Source of the DNA: Bilabrum cf. latius
Lineage: Eukaryota
Length of the DNA: 64,000 nt
Assembly: GCA_965178125.1 (NCBI GenBank)
Contig: OZ237763.1
Span: 248,001 to 312,000, forward strand
Reading direction: 5' to 3'
In this document: positions 12,401-24,971 of the stretch, piece by piece
How positions within the stretch are numbered: the stretch's first letter is position 1
Layout: every line of letters starts with the position of its first letter
Position numbers and translations under genes: made by a program
The notes under the pieces: generated by a model
Told to the model about the DNA's origin: nothing
Databases searched by the model: none
Seen by the model: the letters and a program-made list of their open reading frames with translations, nothing else

Positions 12401-14680
12401 AAGGGCCTGCTGGGCGCTGCCATGCGCAAGTCGGGAGAGCAGACGCAGGCGGCCAGCGGTGCCGCAGACCCCTCCACCTCCATGGTGCCGTACCCTGCTG
12501 GCGGCGTCAAGGACAGCGCAGACGCCCGCAAACAGGGCGGTGGCGAGGTGGCTGCACTGCAGACCTCTCTGGCCTTCGTCATGTTCACGCTGGCAGACCC
12601 GCAGTCTCCGCAGCGCCACTCGGCCCCCCAGTGGCTGACCATGCTCAAGAAGGTCGCGGGGGGGAACAAGGTGGCGGCCGTCTGGCTGCTGCAGACCCTT
12701 CTCTCTGACCGCACCCTCCTGCGGCAGATGCTCATGCGCCACAACGACGTGCGCACCCGGGAGGCCTTCAGCGAGCTGGTGCACGGGGCCATCGAGCTCA
12801 TCGTGGACGATGAGACGTTTGACGACGAGGTGGACGTCCCGCCCGCGCTCAAGCGCCGCTCCTCATCCGTCGGTGCTGAGGACGAGGCAGCCAGCGGCAA
12901 ACCCAGCTCAGGCGCGGCCGTGGACGCCGATCTCAAGACAGCGGACGGGCCGGCCGTGCAGGCGGAGGGCCTCGACGGCGGGCTCAGCTTCGCAGCCCCT
13001 CCTGGCCGCGTGGTGTCTTCCTTGCTCAAGGTCATGCTCGAGGAAGCCTGCAAGAGCCAGTCGGACTCGTTTACATACTCCGACTTCTTCCAGGTGCTCT
13101 GGAAGACAGCGCAGGCCTCCAAGGCAGCGAGTGCTTTCTTGATCCGGCAGGGGGCGGTGGGCATGCTTGTGGACCTCGTGTGCGAAGGCCGCACGCCACA
13201 CCCCGAGCTGGTGGACGGGCCCGGCGGGTGGGCTCCCACAGAGTCGATCGACGACGGGCCCAACGCGGCCGGTGGCGCGGCCGGAGGTGCTGCCGCCGGT
13301 GGCAGCGGGGCCGGTGCTAGCGCCAGCTCGGACGGCAAGAAGCCCAGGCCCGTGTTCGCCGGGAAGCCGCGTTACTTCGCGATGCCTCCGCTAGTCGTGG
13401 TGCAGCAGCTGGTGAGTCGGTCCGCAGGCGTGTTTGACAAGGTGAGTGACGCCCCCGCCCTCTCCCGCGTAGACAAGGAGCAGCTCACCTGCCCGTCCTT
13501 CCGCTAGGTACTCCGCGAGTGCATGACCACTGAGGCGCTGGTGGACAAGCTGGAGGGCCTGATGGGCGAGCTGATCGGCACCGAGGCGGCCATGCAGGAC
13601 TTCACCCGTGGAGCTCTCAAGGACATTGGCAAGGCTGTTTCCCCCAACGCGGGTACCACCATCATGGCCATGCGTGTGGTGCTGCAACCGCTCGCTGGTG
13701 AGCCCGTGGAGGCCGCAGCGGCGCGCGTGGAGGAGGTGATGCCGCCGCTGATGGAAACGATCAAGAAGGGCAGCAACTACTTCGCCGAGACGGTCGATTC
13801 GTTCTACGCCCTGATGAAGATCGTGAAGACGTGCCCCCTGGTGGGCGCGTGGGCCGTCAAGCACGCCGAGGAGTTTGCGTGGATGACCAAGTGGGCCAGC
13901 AAGAACCAGAGGCCCCCCTACTACAACACCCCTGGTGCCGCCATGCAGCTCAGCCGCAATGCTCGGCTCTACTCGGACCAGGCAAACCGCGTGTACTCTG
14001 GCATGAGCCACGACATCAAGCTGCTGGCAGCTGGCATCGTGGGCCACAAAGGCGCGGACGGGGCCGTGGACGGGCATTCCGTGTACAACCCGAGCATGCC
14101 AGAGGCCGTGGTGAACAGGCGGGCTCGCATGATGGTGGGTGCCCAGTTCACCAAGTGGGTTCGCGCGACGATCACCGAATACGATGCCGTGCAACGCCGG
14201 CACACTGTCGAATTTGACGACGATGAGCTGCCCAGGCTGCAGAAGTGAGACATGTCGCTGATATTTGCCGCACGGCTTTGATTTCCCTCGCCCCTCCCAC
14301 AGGACAGCCCATCCGTCCAAATTGTACTATTATGTTTCCTTCGATTGCTGTCTTCTCATTTGTTTCGCAGCGGGGAGCTGATTGAGGTTGTGAAGCTGCC
14401 GCTACTAACGTGGCAGCTGCTCCCCGACACAGAGGCGAGCAAGATGAAGGTCCAGGGGGAGGACCCGCCCGTGCCCTTTGACGAGGAGGGCCTCAAGAAA
14501 ACCATCAGGGAGGCAGACGAGGAGCGTCGCAAGAAGGGTGAGATGAGAGCCGCAGCGGAAGCGAGGGTCAGGCAGTTGCGTGCGAGCGGCGGCAGCGGGG
14601 CTGGCGGCAACTTGGATGTGCGTCCTAGGGGGCTCGGTCTCCAAGGCGCCACGCTGAACGACATGTACAAGATGGACTGA
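3470..14680 (+). CDS. Giant ubiquitin-specific protease (USP9X/24/34-like, about 3380 aa) with N-terminal MABP-like and Tudor-like segments; introns 3807-4134, 7440-7558, 7714-8205, 14245-14370
   Basis: Cys box GYVGLVNQGCTCYMNASMQQLF, QRDASEY and His box VVHTGGANSGHYFSYI..WMEFND. Eight in-frame TAGs (3599, 5007, 5328, 6153, 6741, 8858, 12251, 13505) join consecutive same-frame ORFs. Exons total 10146 nt, a multiple of 3. Stop TGA followed by TGA. Confidence 0.9.
7730..7766. repeat. Tandem duplication of TTGTTGCTATTGGGTAGT (2 identical 18-mers, period 19) about 80 bp upstream of tRNA-Sec
   Basis: Seen directly at 7730-7747 and 7749-7766. Confidence 0.85.
7847..7934 (+). tRNA. tRNA-Sec (anticodon TCA at 7883-7885) nested in intron 3 of the USP gene
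   Basis: Eukaryotic 9/4 fold: acceptor GCAGGAGTG/CTCACCTGC with the U-U pair also seen in vertebrate tRNA-Sec, 6-bp D stem CTCGGT/GCCGAG, 6-bp anticodon stem TGCGGG-CTTCAAA-CCCGTA, long variable arm ACGC/GCGT, 4-bp T stem GGGG-TTCAATT-CCCC and discriminator G. Confidence 0.93.
7938..7942 (+). terminator. RNA polymerase III oligo-T terminator of tRNA-Sec
   Basis: TTTTT begins 4 nt after the discriminator base. Confidence 0.7.
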
Positions 14681-15093
14681 TGACGACCGCAGCGCTGATT
14701 CCATCTGCCTGTGACCATCGTTCCGTCGCTTGCTGCTTTTTGCATCTCGCTTCTCGCCGCAGCCGCCTAGCTGGAGAAGGAGCGGGCAGCGCGGGCCGCA
14801 AGTCAGCAGCAAGTGGCGGGCCGGAACAGGCGGGCTGGGATCGGGGGCATGACCAACTACGGGACGGGCACAGGCGGAGGCATGAACTACAGCACCAATC
14901 CGATCCTCATGGGCTAGATAGACATGGGCGACGATGACGACGACTACGACACTTACGGCACGGAAGTGTGACCTCAAACTCCGCTCGGATGGGCTTTTGC
15001 AGACGAGGTCGATTAGGAGTGCCATTTGAATATGCAAACGAATTTCTACTCTTTTTTGAGCTGCCAGAGGATGGACTCGTAGCTTGAACCACG

Positions 15094-16754
15094 TCACGTT
15101 GCTCCAGCGGCTAGTTTCCTCGCAGCCTCCGTTGAAAGCCCCCAACCAGCAACGATACCCCGCATCCAACGCTCATGCTCGTTCCTGGACTGTGTCTGCA
15201 TGAACTGGCTCCTCGATTCCAGCTGCAGTTCGATGCACAACCCTGGGTCATCCGTTGCGCTCGCTGCCTCTTCCGCCCTAGCCCGAATGGCAACTACATC
15301 CTTGAGGTGAATCAATCCCTTCAGGGACGCCGCCCGTTCGTCCTCGAAATAGCCCAAAACGACACCAGTTCCAGCCGATCCGAATTCCGGATTTGCGACC
15401 TTGCCGTCACCCCACACCGGCAAGTCCTCGGCGGAGCCGGCCCCGCTCCCTCCGGCGCCGTGGTGGGACGCGTCCAATCCAGCCAGCTCCGCCTCGTGCG
15501 GATCCATGGCCAGCGCGCCATCGAGCGCCTCTTTAGCCGGGAGGGCGCACGCCGCCGCCGGCACCCCGCTGAGGACGAACCACCGCTTCTTCCACGACTT
15601 GTGGTGGTTGCCCCGTTTGGTGGCGTATCCCTCGTGCGCCGGGGCGGAGAGCACCGCATTCCTCGCTTCCTCCACCCTGGCAGCCTCATCATCCCCCAGG
15701 GCCTCTCGTTTGCTGAATATGCCGAGCATCATGGTCTTGCGGGACAGGAATCCAGCGGCATCCGTGACCAAATCCTCGTCCAGCAGTGCGGCTGGATTCA
15801 CTGGCACGCGGCCCGAGCCCGCGCCTGCGGAACCGCTGGTTGCGCGGCGTGTGCCTGCGGAACCTTCGTCCCGCCAGGCGCCGCGCACCGCCTCGGGCAC
15901 AACCAGTCCAGCCCCCGCCCCCAACGCAACGGCACCCCCCGCGCCCGCCCCGACCGGCAGCTCGCTGAACCTCGCGAGCGCCGACATCCTGCGGCCGTGA
16001 GACGCTGTGGGTGCCCGACTGCTGCCTACAGACGGTGAGGAAGAAACACCACCAGCAGCCCCACCACCTCCCGGCTTCTCGCCCGACCCGTCCTCTGCAT
16101 CCGCTGCGCCTCCGGTGGCCGCACCGGCCGACGAGCTCGCAGCACCCAAGCCTGCCATACCGGCCTGGTGCTCCATATCTTTCCAGTACTATGTTCTGTT
16201 AAATCTCGGCAGGATGTCGTTGAGCATCTCCTGCAGTGCTTTGCGGCGAAGCGCTCGCAGCCTCGATCTGGTCACGACCATGTCGCCCTTCCGTACAGCT
16301 TCAGACAACTCCTTTCTGGTCCCCTGTGCATAGTAAATCAATGAAAACAATAAAAACTCGTTTTGCAGACCAAACTACGCATTGTACTCTGTAGACGGAA
16401 ACTCAAGCGCAGGTGCCGTTTGCAGCTAGTGGAACTTACTTCTTCCATGTTCACCTCGAGCGGTGCGCCAGACCGTACGAACCTTGCCACCACTCTTTCG
16501 ATAATAGGTCGCTCATCATGCTCGCTACGGCCCCCAGCTGGCGCTTTGTCTTGCTCCAATACAGCGCCCCCGTCAGTCTCTTCTCCATCTGGGTCGGCTT
16601 GCCCAGCAAATACCTCTTCACATCCGCTCCAAAAGAGCAGATTCTCGTGATTATGCTATTCTTCACAGAATTTTCTGAATCTTGTAAAGAAAGACAAGTT
16701 TGCGAGCGCTGCACGGAGAGTAAGAAGGCTCTCCGCGGTGGACCCAGCTGCCAT
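15094..16754 (-). CDS. RGS-domain plus PH-domain protein; intron 16439-16324; in-frame TAG at 16656 and 16189
   Basis: RGS motifs FRKFCEE[TAG]HNHENLLFW, RFVRSGAPLEVNM and EMLNDILPRF. PH motifs HEGYATKRGNHHKSWKKRWFVL, LGYFED..KGLIHL and ERWMRGI. Stop TGA. Confidence 0.8.
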
Positions 16755-17883
16755 ATCTTCACTGTTTCGCGACGAATAAGATATTTAGGTCACCTAGCAA
16801 ATGATTGCTGGAGTGCCTATTTGTGCCGAGTGTGAAACGTTGCCCAGAAGTCGTGCAGTTGCAGTTGAGGGCAATCCTTGTGCGATCCGCCGCCGAGATG
16901 GCAAGGCCTTGACCCGAGTCCCCTCTTCAGGTTTTGACTTCCTAGTCCTCGGGTCCTTCACAGTCAATATTCGTCTAACTCAAGAAAAGTAGATAATCGC
17001 GACAGGGCTTCCAGCGGGGCTTGCTGGTGTCGTACTCTGATTGGATTGTCGGCTGCAGATACTCATCTTCATCTTTCATTTGTGTGCAACAACCCTCCTA
17101 GGGCCCTGGACCCCTTCCAGCCGCTGGAATGGGCCTACCACCTGCATAAATGACTGCTACGACTGTTTTTATGTTAAGCTACTGATTAGTGGGGGTAAGC
17201 CACCGAAATAGGATGATGTATCGACCTTAATTGGCTCGCGCTACTGTGTGTGCGCCTTCGCTATACCGAACTCTCCACAATCGCATAGGCGGCTCCAGGG
17301 CGCTTGGTATCTCGTATCCAACGTACGACTGCATACATGGCGTTTGCTCGCGGGGCTAGCGACTGCTTGTCGCACCTGTGTGGTTGCAGGACCTTGCTTC
17401 CATCTACTACTAGGGACCACGCCAAAGCATGCATCTTGCCCTCGCTCGCGGCATTGGTTGGGACGGGGCGCGTGGTGGTGGGGGTGAATTTCATGCTGGT
17501 TGACACGAACCATTTGCTTGCAAGCGGCATGACCAGCAGAGGAGAGAGAGAGAGAGAAAATAGAGTTTTCGCACGCAATTCAATACCAGAGACAATCCGA
17601 GGACTGCCACCAAAGTAACGCGCACCTTAACAGGGGACCCAGCTGTACCCGCGTTGGCGGAGCCAGTCAGGACCTGAAAAGGCCTCTGAAGAAATAGTTG
17701 GTCTGGTTAAGACCGATTGTCACGAGCAACTTGAACGGTTCCGGTCTTCGGCCCGGGGCTGCGGAACCTCCGAGGCTGCGGCCAATCGCACCACATCTAG
17801 ACTCTACTACAGACCTGCACTTTTGGTCCGTCAAACAACTCAACTTGGCCCCGGCAAATCTGGTCTAAGCATCTGTGGAGACC

Positions 17884-20800
17884 ATGTCGAGCACCCCAAA
17901 GAAGATGAAGTCCAAGGACTTGGAGAAGCTGCGGCGGACGCGTGGCATGTCGACAGCGGAGCGGTCCCTTGCGCTCGCTGAACCCAACAAACTGATCAAT
18001 CTAGAGCGCAAAATGTCATCGTTTATCGAAGTACAGCGCACATTCACCTGTCGCGAGAATGAGCTCCTGGCTGATTTGAAATCCAGCATGAATGGCCTGT
18101 CTCAAGCCGAAGCAGCGAAGCGGCTTTCCGAAAACGGGGCAAATGAGCTGGAGTCCGACGTACAGCCATCAATTTTTGTGCTCTTCCTGTTACAAGTGAG
18201 TTAATTGTCCTTTGATAGTCGGAAATCTCCGTTCAATGGCTGCTAAATCCGCACAATCTTGAAATCTTCTGCAGTTGCAGGTGGCACGCGCCGCTTTGCA
18301 AATCCCTTTCCTTAGCCGTTTCTCGACACTTTTGGCGGTTCACACTCTCGCAGTTCTCGAATATCATCATTATTCTCCTGTTGGCGGCCAGCATTGCCTC
18401 GTTTGCACTCGGAGAACCGGTGGAGGGTAAGAGATGCGGCGATGTCTTTGAGATGGCACGAACACTGGCACCTAAACCTTCTTACCACCGCACGTTTCTC
18501 TATTTAGCGCAGGGATTGCGGTGATTATCATCATTTTGCTCAATGCATTCATCTCGGTCGCCACGGAGAAGTCCGCAAACGATGCTTTGGCCGCATTGGC
18601 CTCCATGTCGTAGCCGACGTGTGCCGTCCTCCGTGACGGACAAGTGGTCCGCGTGCCTTCCAGAGAGGTTGTCGTTGGCGACGTGCTCGTTCTTCACAGC
18701 GGTGATATCGTCGCCGCCGACGCCAGGTGAGACGCTCGTGTTGCTTGCAGTAGCCCCTTGCGGTACCGTAGTACGGGACCCAAATGGCCCTCCCTTGTCC
18801 CCCTTGTCAAAACCACAGGCTGCTTTCGAGCAATGACCTCAAGGTTCAAGAAGCTGTGCTCACGGGAGAGTCCACCGACGTGTCCAAGCGCGTGGGAGCG
18901 GCCCCTGTCGCTGCGCCAGCCCCCGCCAGTCATGGCGCCATCACCGTTGGAGGAGGAGACAAGGGACCTGCTGCCGCCGCTCCTGCCGCAAGCCAGAAGA
19001 AGCCCGAGAGCCTCACCCCGCGGAACGAGGTCTTTGCATCCACGAAGGTGACCAGCGGGGAGGGCCACGCCCTCGTCTTCGCCACGGCCATGAAGACTCG
19101 CGTGGGAGAAATCGCCAAGATGATCTCGGGTGCCGGTGCCTCTGGACCCCACGACGACGAAGAGCCCACGTTCTGTGAACAGTGCGAGCACACGTGCGCC
19201 CCCGAGAGACTGTGCGGGCTCACCCCCCGCCGGCGGACGCCCCTGCAGGAGAAGACCCACCAGCTCGGGCTCATCATCTCTGCTGCTGCCCTCACCGCGT
19301 GCGTGGCCGTGTTCATCATCGGCATACTCCGCGACTACCGCGACCCCGAGCACCCCGACAACGCCCCCGCGGTTCAGATGGTCCTGGTGGCCGTGTCCCT
19401 GGCCGTGTCAGCCGTGCCCGAGGGACTTCCCCTTGTCCAGACCGTGGTGCTTGCAACCGGCATGCACAGGCTCATGAATGCGAACGCTCTGATCCGGAGG
19501 CTTCCGGCAGTGGAGACGCTGGGCCAGGCACAGGTGGTGTGCTCGGACAAGACGGGCACGCTCACCGAGGGCAAGATGACCGCCCTCCGCGTCTGGATCG
19601 GCGGAAGGCAGTGCCGCATCGGCGGCAGGGGTGACCAGCCCGTGGGCTCCTTCACAGAGATGGGCCCCGGTGGTGCCACCGTGCTCGAGTCCTCCATGGC
19701 AATGATCGAGAACGGACCCTCCGGCAAAGACGCCGCGGGCCCCTCCACCTCCACGAGGCGAGGCAAGAAGCAGCAGGCTGCCGCTGCCATGAATCAGACC
19801 GCCATCCGCGCCATGCTCGGCGCCGCCGTGTACAACTGCACTGCCATCGCCAACCTGCGCCAGCGCACGGACCAGGCCGCCGCAGGAGGATCCTCCTCCT
19901 CATCCTCCTCAGAGGCCGAGGACGGCAAGCCCATGCCAGCCGAGGCCATCGGCCAGCTGGGCGAGGTCCTGCGCACCAAGGCAGTGGCAGTGTCCGGCAA
20001 CTCCACCGAGGCCGCCATCATCCTCGCGGGCCTCAAGGCGGGCGTGCACTCCCCCGATCTCCGCCGCGCCATGCCCTCCCTGAGCCACGAGAGGAGCGGG
20101 AGGGAGGCGCCCGACGTGCCATTCTCGTCGGCACGCAAGGCCATGGTCACCATCGCCTCGCTCGGGGGGTCAAAGGCGGGAGGGGCCGCCGCGAGGATCG
20201 CCGTGGGTCCCGACGGGCAGCTTGCACCCGTGGCGGAAGAAGACGTCAAGATCGCCATGGACAAGTCGAGTGGCGGTGCTGCTGGTGCTGCTAGCGGTGC
20301 CGCCGCCGCATCCGTGGCTGGTGGCAAGCAGAAGGGGGCGGCCACTCCCATGGCAGCCGAGGTACAGGCAGCCTTCAAGGCCATCAGCCCTCGGGCACAG
20401 TACGTCGCCTACATCAAGGGTGCCCCCGATCGCATGCTGCCCCTATGCTCCCACACCCTCCGGCCCGATGGCACCGTGTCTCTCGTGACACCAGCCGATG
20501 CGGCAGCAGCCAAGGAGGCCGTGTCATCGATGTCCAGCGAGGCCCTCCGCGTGCTGTGCATCGCCGCCAGGCCCCTCCGCCGAGTGCCCTACAGCAAGGC
20601 CGAGGCCCAGGCGATGACCGGCGACGAGCTATACCAAAAGACGCTCACGGAGCAGGGCGCTCCCCTGGTGCTGGGCGGGAAGCCCCACCGGCAGCAGCAG
20701 GCGGCGGGTGGCGACGGAACCGAGGCGGAGGGCGCCGCCTCTGGCTCTGGCAGCGGGTCCAACTCTGACAACGAGGAGACCGACGGGGTGATCCTGCTGG

Positions 20801-22176
20801 GGCTCATCGCGTGCATGGACCCCGAGAGGGAGGGCGTGGACGAGAGCGTGCTGACGGCTCGGGAGGCGGGCGTCAAGACCGTGATGATCACCGGCGATTA
20901 CCTCGCTACCGCCATCGCCATCGGCCGCAACGTCAGCATCCTGCTCCCCGGTGACGACCCGGTGGAATCCGCGATCGACTGTGCCGACCTCCGGACTGGA
21001 GCAGTGGACGACAAGGGCAACGACGTGTACGTGGACGCACCCACGATGGACGAGATCACCTCCCGCGTGAGGGTGTTTGCCAGGGCACAGCCCAAGGACA
21101 AGCTCATGATCGTGGAGTCGCTCCGCAGGCAGGGTCACATCACGGCCATGACGGGCGACGGCGTGAACGACGCGCCCGCCTTGTCTGCCGCGGATATCGG
21201 CGTGGCCATGGGCATCGCCGGCACCGAGGCGGCCAAGGGAGCAGCCGACGTGGTGCTGCTGGATGACTCCTTCCCGACCATCATCCGCGCCATCGAGGAG
21301 GGCAGGCACATTCTGGACGACATCATGAAGTTCCTCACGTACCTGCTGGGCACTAACATGGCCCAGGTGACGGCCATCCTGGTGGCCGTGGCGGTGGGCC
21401 TCCCGATCCCGCTCAAGCCCCTGAGCATTCTGTTCCTCAACCTCGCCATCGACGGTGCCCCCGCCATGGCCATGTCCGTTGAGCCCGCAGAGGCAGGCAT
21501 CATGAAGAGGCACCCCAGGCCGAGCGACCAGCCCGTCGTGACCTCCCGCATGTGGCTGGCCATCTCCTGGCACTCCATCCCCCTTGCCGGGTTCGCCCTC
21601 GCTTCCTTCGTGATGGGCTTGCACTGGCATGCGGGGGGCATCCTCGCCGACGACATCCAGAACCAGACGGGCGAGTGCGAGTGGCTCAATGACCAGCAGC
21701 AGATCGACACCAGGGACGCCGAGATCTGCCGCACCACTGGGTTCAGGCAGGCCCGCACCATGGCCTTCATCACCCTCGTGTACGCCGAGGTGCTCAGGGG
21801 CATCACCGTGCGGACGGGTCGCTGCTGCGCCGCCGTGTCGCCCTTGTCCAACCCCCACCTGCTGGGTGCCATGCTCCTCTCCGCGACTTTGGCCACCATC
21901 TTTCTGCTGGTGCCGGGCGTGCAGGACGTGTTCGGGTTCGAGCCCATCGCGTGGCACGCCTGGGTCCTTGCGGTGGGCCTCTCACTCATCACAGTGGCCA
22001 GCGACGAGATCATGAAGGCCTGCATCCGGGACAGGGACAGGGACGACGAGCGCTGGGCGGGAGTGCAAGGCGGGTTCGGAGACGTCCTCACGGAGCTGAG
22101 GCAGCTGAGGCACCACGTGGAGCAGCTGGAGAACCGGCTTGAGGCCCAGGATGACACCGCGGTCGGGACGGTGTAA
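17884..22176 (+). CDS. P-type ATPase, type II (Ca2+ or Na+ transporting); introns 18196-18353, 18427-18512, 18727-18818; in-frame TAG at 18611
   Basis: Motifs GLS..EAAKRL..NGANEL, TGES, VPEGLP, CSDKTGTLT (phosphorylation site), KGAPD, MITGD and TGDGVNDAPAL. All introns in phase. Stop TAA followed by TGA. Confidence 0.93.
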
Positions 22177-22754
22177 TGAGTGCGGTGAGAGGCGCGCTGT
22201 CGGGAGCACGCGGGGCTATGGGGGCAGGAGCGGAGCTATGGTATTCTACACGTCGTTGGGCATCTCTTGTATTGTGTGTCGCGCTTTCTTTCAGTCGAGC
22301 GTGGAGATCCAACGAGGTCTCTTGTGTTTGGCTGTGGCTCGGCATCCGATGCAACGTGTCCAGCGGCAGATGACCGGCTCCCCTTGACTCCCATCGCCCC
22401 GCGCCCGGCTTGTGCCTGCGCATGAAAGGAAGGCTTGTGGATCGTTCTGATCGGGACGAGGGTGGATCGTTCCGGTTGGGAAATGCAATGCTGGCCCGGA
22501 CCAGGGCAGCGATTTCAGGTTCTAGCGGGTGAATCTACTACTGATATGTATTTCTATTCGGTGCAATTCAAAAACCAGCAGGCAGGGGGCGTGGGCACCC
22601 GCGATGGAAGCCGGGTCAGTTCCATTCACCACCTGGCCGACTTGCCACAGCTTGCACCACAAAGACACCCAGACCCTTCGCACGCACTGCAACGAACACC
22701 ATTCGGGTCATGCATCCGGATCCGATGCGGGCGGCACAGACCTGTCTATCCCCT

Positions 22755-24020
22755 TCAGCCCGGAGCCGTGCTGGCCAACGAATTCCCCAATCCAGATTCC
22801 ACGTCTTCCTGCCCGGCCCTCGTCCTCCCAGTGCTGCCCCCTCCCACCCTAGCAACTTCCACCACAGGCCTCCCAGAATCCGCCCCGCGATGCGAATGAA
22901 GGCCCTAAGCAGAGGGGCCCAGGGAAGACAGGGAGCCGAGCGAGTCTTCAGATCGCAAGGGCAGTCGATTGCGGTACGACGTGCTGGCACCATCGTACGA
23001 TGCTCCCGTCACGCTGCCCGCGCCTGCCTCACCAGGTTCCGCTTCCCTGGCTTCCTTCCTCTCTCCTTCTCCTTCCTCTAAGTCGCTGCCGTGCAGTGCA
23101 CCCAGCAGGCTGGACACGCCCGTACCTGACCTCCCTCGATTCACGGCTGCTTCTCCTTTGGCTTGCTTGTCCCTTGCGAGCAAGCTACCGATCGACATGC
23201 TGCCATCCAGGTCGTCGCGGCTGTTTTCGCCGACTAGAGATGCTGATGTGTACTGCCCTGGGGGCCCCACGCTCCCTGAATCCCCCAGCCCCAGTGCGCT
23301 GCCCAAACTGGCCCCTAATGTTGTGTTCAGCCCATCTTGCCAGCCGTACAAGACCCACGCATCACGATTAAGCTGCTGCACGTCCCTCCAAATAAACCAT
23401 AGCAGTACAATATTGAACAGATCAGTCAAAACTGCCATAATTTGAGACGCCAAGAAGGTCTTTGTCAACTTGCTCATGCCTTCTCGGCGAACTGCCCTTT
23501 CGGAGAAGAACTCGAATGGGTCCGCCGAAACAGCGATGGTCCAAAAAATGTCCCAGCCAAATCCAACAATCCAAATCACTAACAACCACCAGATAGCTTC
23601 TTGTGCCCGAGTCTTGGCTCCAAGAAAGGTGAGTCCATTCAGGAGTGCCTGCAATGCCTAGACGATTGCATTGATCCATGATGCAAAGCCCATGTCGCCA
23701 CGTTGCTCTGGAGTAATCAATAATGAAATTGCACTGACTGCTGCGGCTACCGTACCGACGCTAGCAGAGAAAAAGAGCTGCTGCGTGGCTGAGCCGCAGA
23801 GAGCCTCTCGGCAACTTCGAGGAACTCCTCTAGGATCTCCAAGATCACCGCAGCACAATTCTCTCAGCGAAGACGGCCATCGAATCTTCGCATTGGCTGC
23901 TGCTCGCTGGCTTTGGGTCGTTCCGTTTGACTTGGACTGGCTTCTGTCGACTTGCAGCAGTGGGTCCGATGGCTGACTGCTGCTTGGTGCTGCAGCCGGC
24001 TTTGAGAGTCGATCCTGCAT
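22755..24020 (-). CDS. Hypothetical multi-pass membrane protein (about 4 TM helices, disordered C-terminal tail); in-frame TAG at 23658 and 22905
   Basis: ORFs 24020-23658 and 23654-22905 are in one frame and contain hydrophobic helices. Reading through TAG ends at TGA 22755-22757. Confidence 0.65.
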
Positions 24021-24279
24021 AGGCGAACCAACGAAGCTAACGACCTTGTACCTAATAGATTGTACAACTACTCGATCGGCCGGATCGTCTTATAGACCAC
24101 CGCTTCGCCGCAGGTACAGACGATGTGACGACGACAGGATGGTTGTCATTGGCCAGGTTGTGCGTTCCGATTTGACGGAAACATCTGAAGAACCTGGGCA
24201 GATATGTTTGTGAATCCACAAGGCGTAGCATCCATGCGACTAGCAAGACAGACAGTCCCCGCACGCCGCACACCAGGGA

Positions 24280-24381
24280 CACCACTGGCAACCCCTCCGA
24301 GCTCTAGTGCCGGCGATAAGGCCCCCCTCACCACTGGCAACCCTTGCCAGCTCTAGTGCCGGTGATAAGGCCCCCTTCACC
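24280..24381. repeat. Intergenic tandem repeat, 2 copies of a 49-bp unit (CACCACTGGCAACCC..GCTCTAGTGCCGG.GATAAGGCCCCC.T)
   Basis: Copies start at 24280 and 24329 with a few mismatches, followed by a partial CACC. Confidence 0.8.
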
Positions 24382-24971
24382 GACTCTTGGGCCAGTTTTT
24401 TTCGGCGGTCGTACTGCTGTCTGCAGTGAAGCCTTCATCAACCGCATCCACTCAAATGGGTAATGCGCCTACGCGCATGAGTGGTGCCGAGTGCCTGGCC
24501 GTCAGCACGAGGCATGGCAAGGACTCGGAGTCGACCGCAACCTCCTGCAGTCTTCAAACAAGCCTTCCCTTCCCGCGCCCAGTGCATGCTGCTTCTTGAA
24601 CGACACTATCAGCCCACGCATTACCTGCCTTGCCTCTCTGTCTATCCTGGGCGTCAGCGTCGGGGTCCAATCATTCCGGCAGACTCTGAAGCGGGACTTG
24701 CTTCTCAACAAAATAAAGCCTGGCTGGCTAGCCACTCCTCTCAGATGACTAGCGGAGCCGTTCTGGCACGCGATCGCCCCAGACGCTGGCAGTCCATCCC
24801 CTGTTGCGCCTCGACCGCTGGCTTGCTTGCTTGCTGGCTGGTTGCCCTGAGATTCGGCTCCGGGTCCCTGGTCGTCCGTCTCGTATACGTGCGCCATGGA
24901 CAACATGGTGCTGCGTGGCCGCTGGACCGATACTACGAAATGAGTGCACGGAACATTGCATGACCTCATGA

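Noticed and set aside
5007-13507. TAGs as 3' splice sites of tiny introns
   Set aside because: There is no consistent upstream GTRAG donor, the flanking codons read as continuous protein, and the introns I can infer end in CAG.
4086-14320. Long antisense and alternate-frame ORFs in the track (e.g. 9566-11119, 6264-7550, 12091-13338)
   Set aside because: These are shadows of GC-rich coding sequence on the opposite strand, with no motifs.
16760-17880. Short ORFs and a (GA)n tract between the divergent RGS-PH and ATPase genes
   Set aside because: No coding signature or recognisable RNA structure, so it was treated as promoter/UTR sequence.
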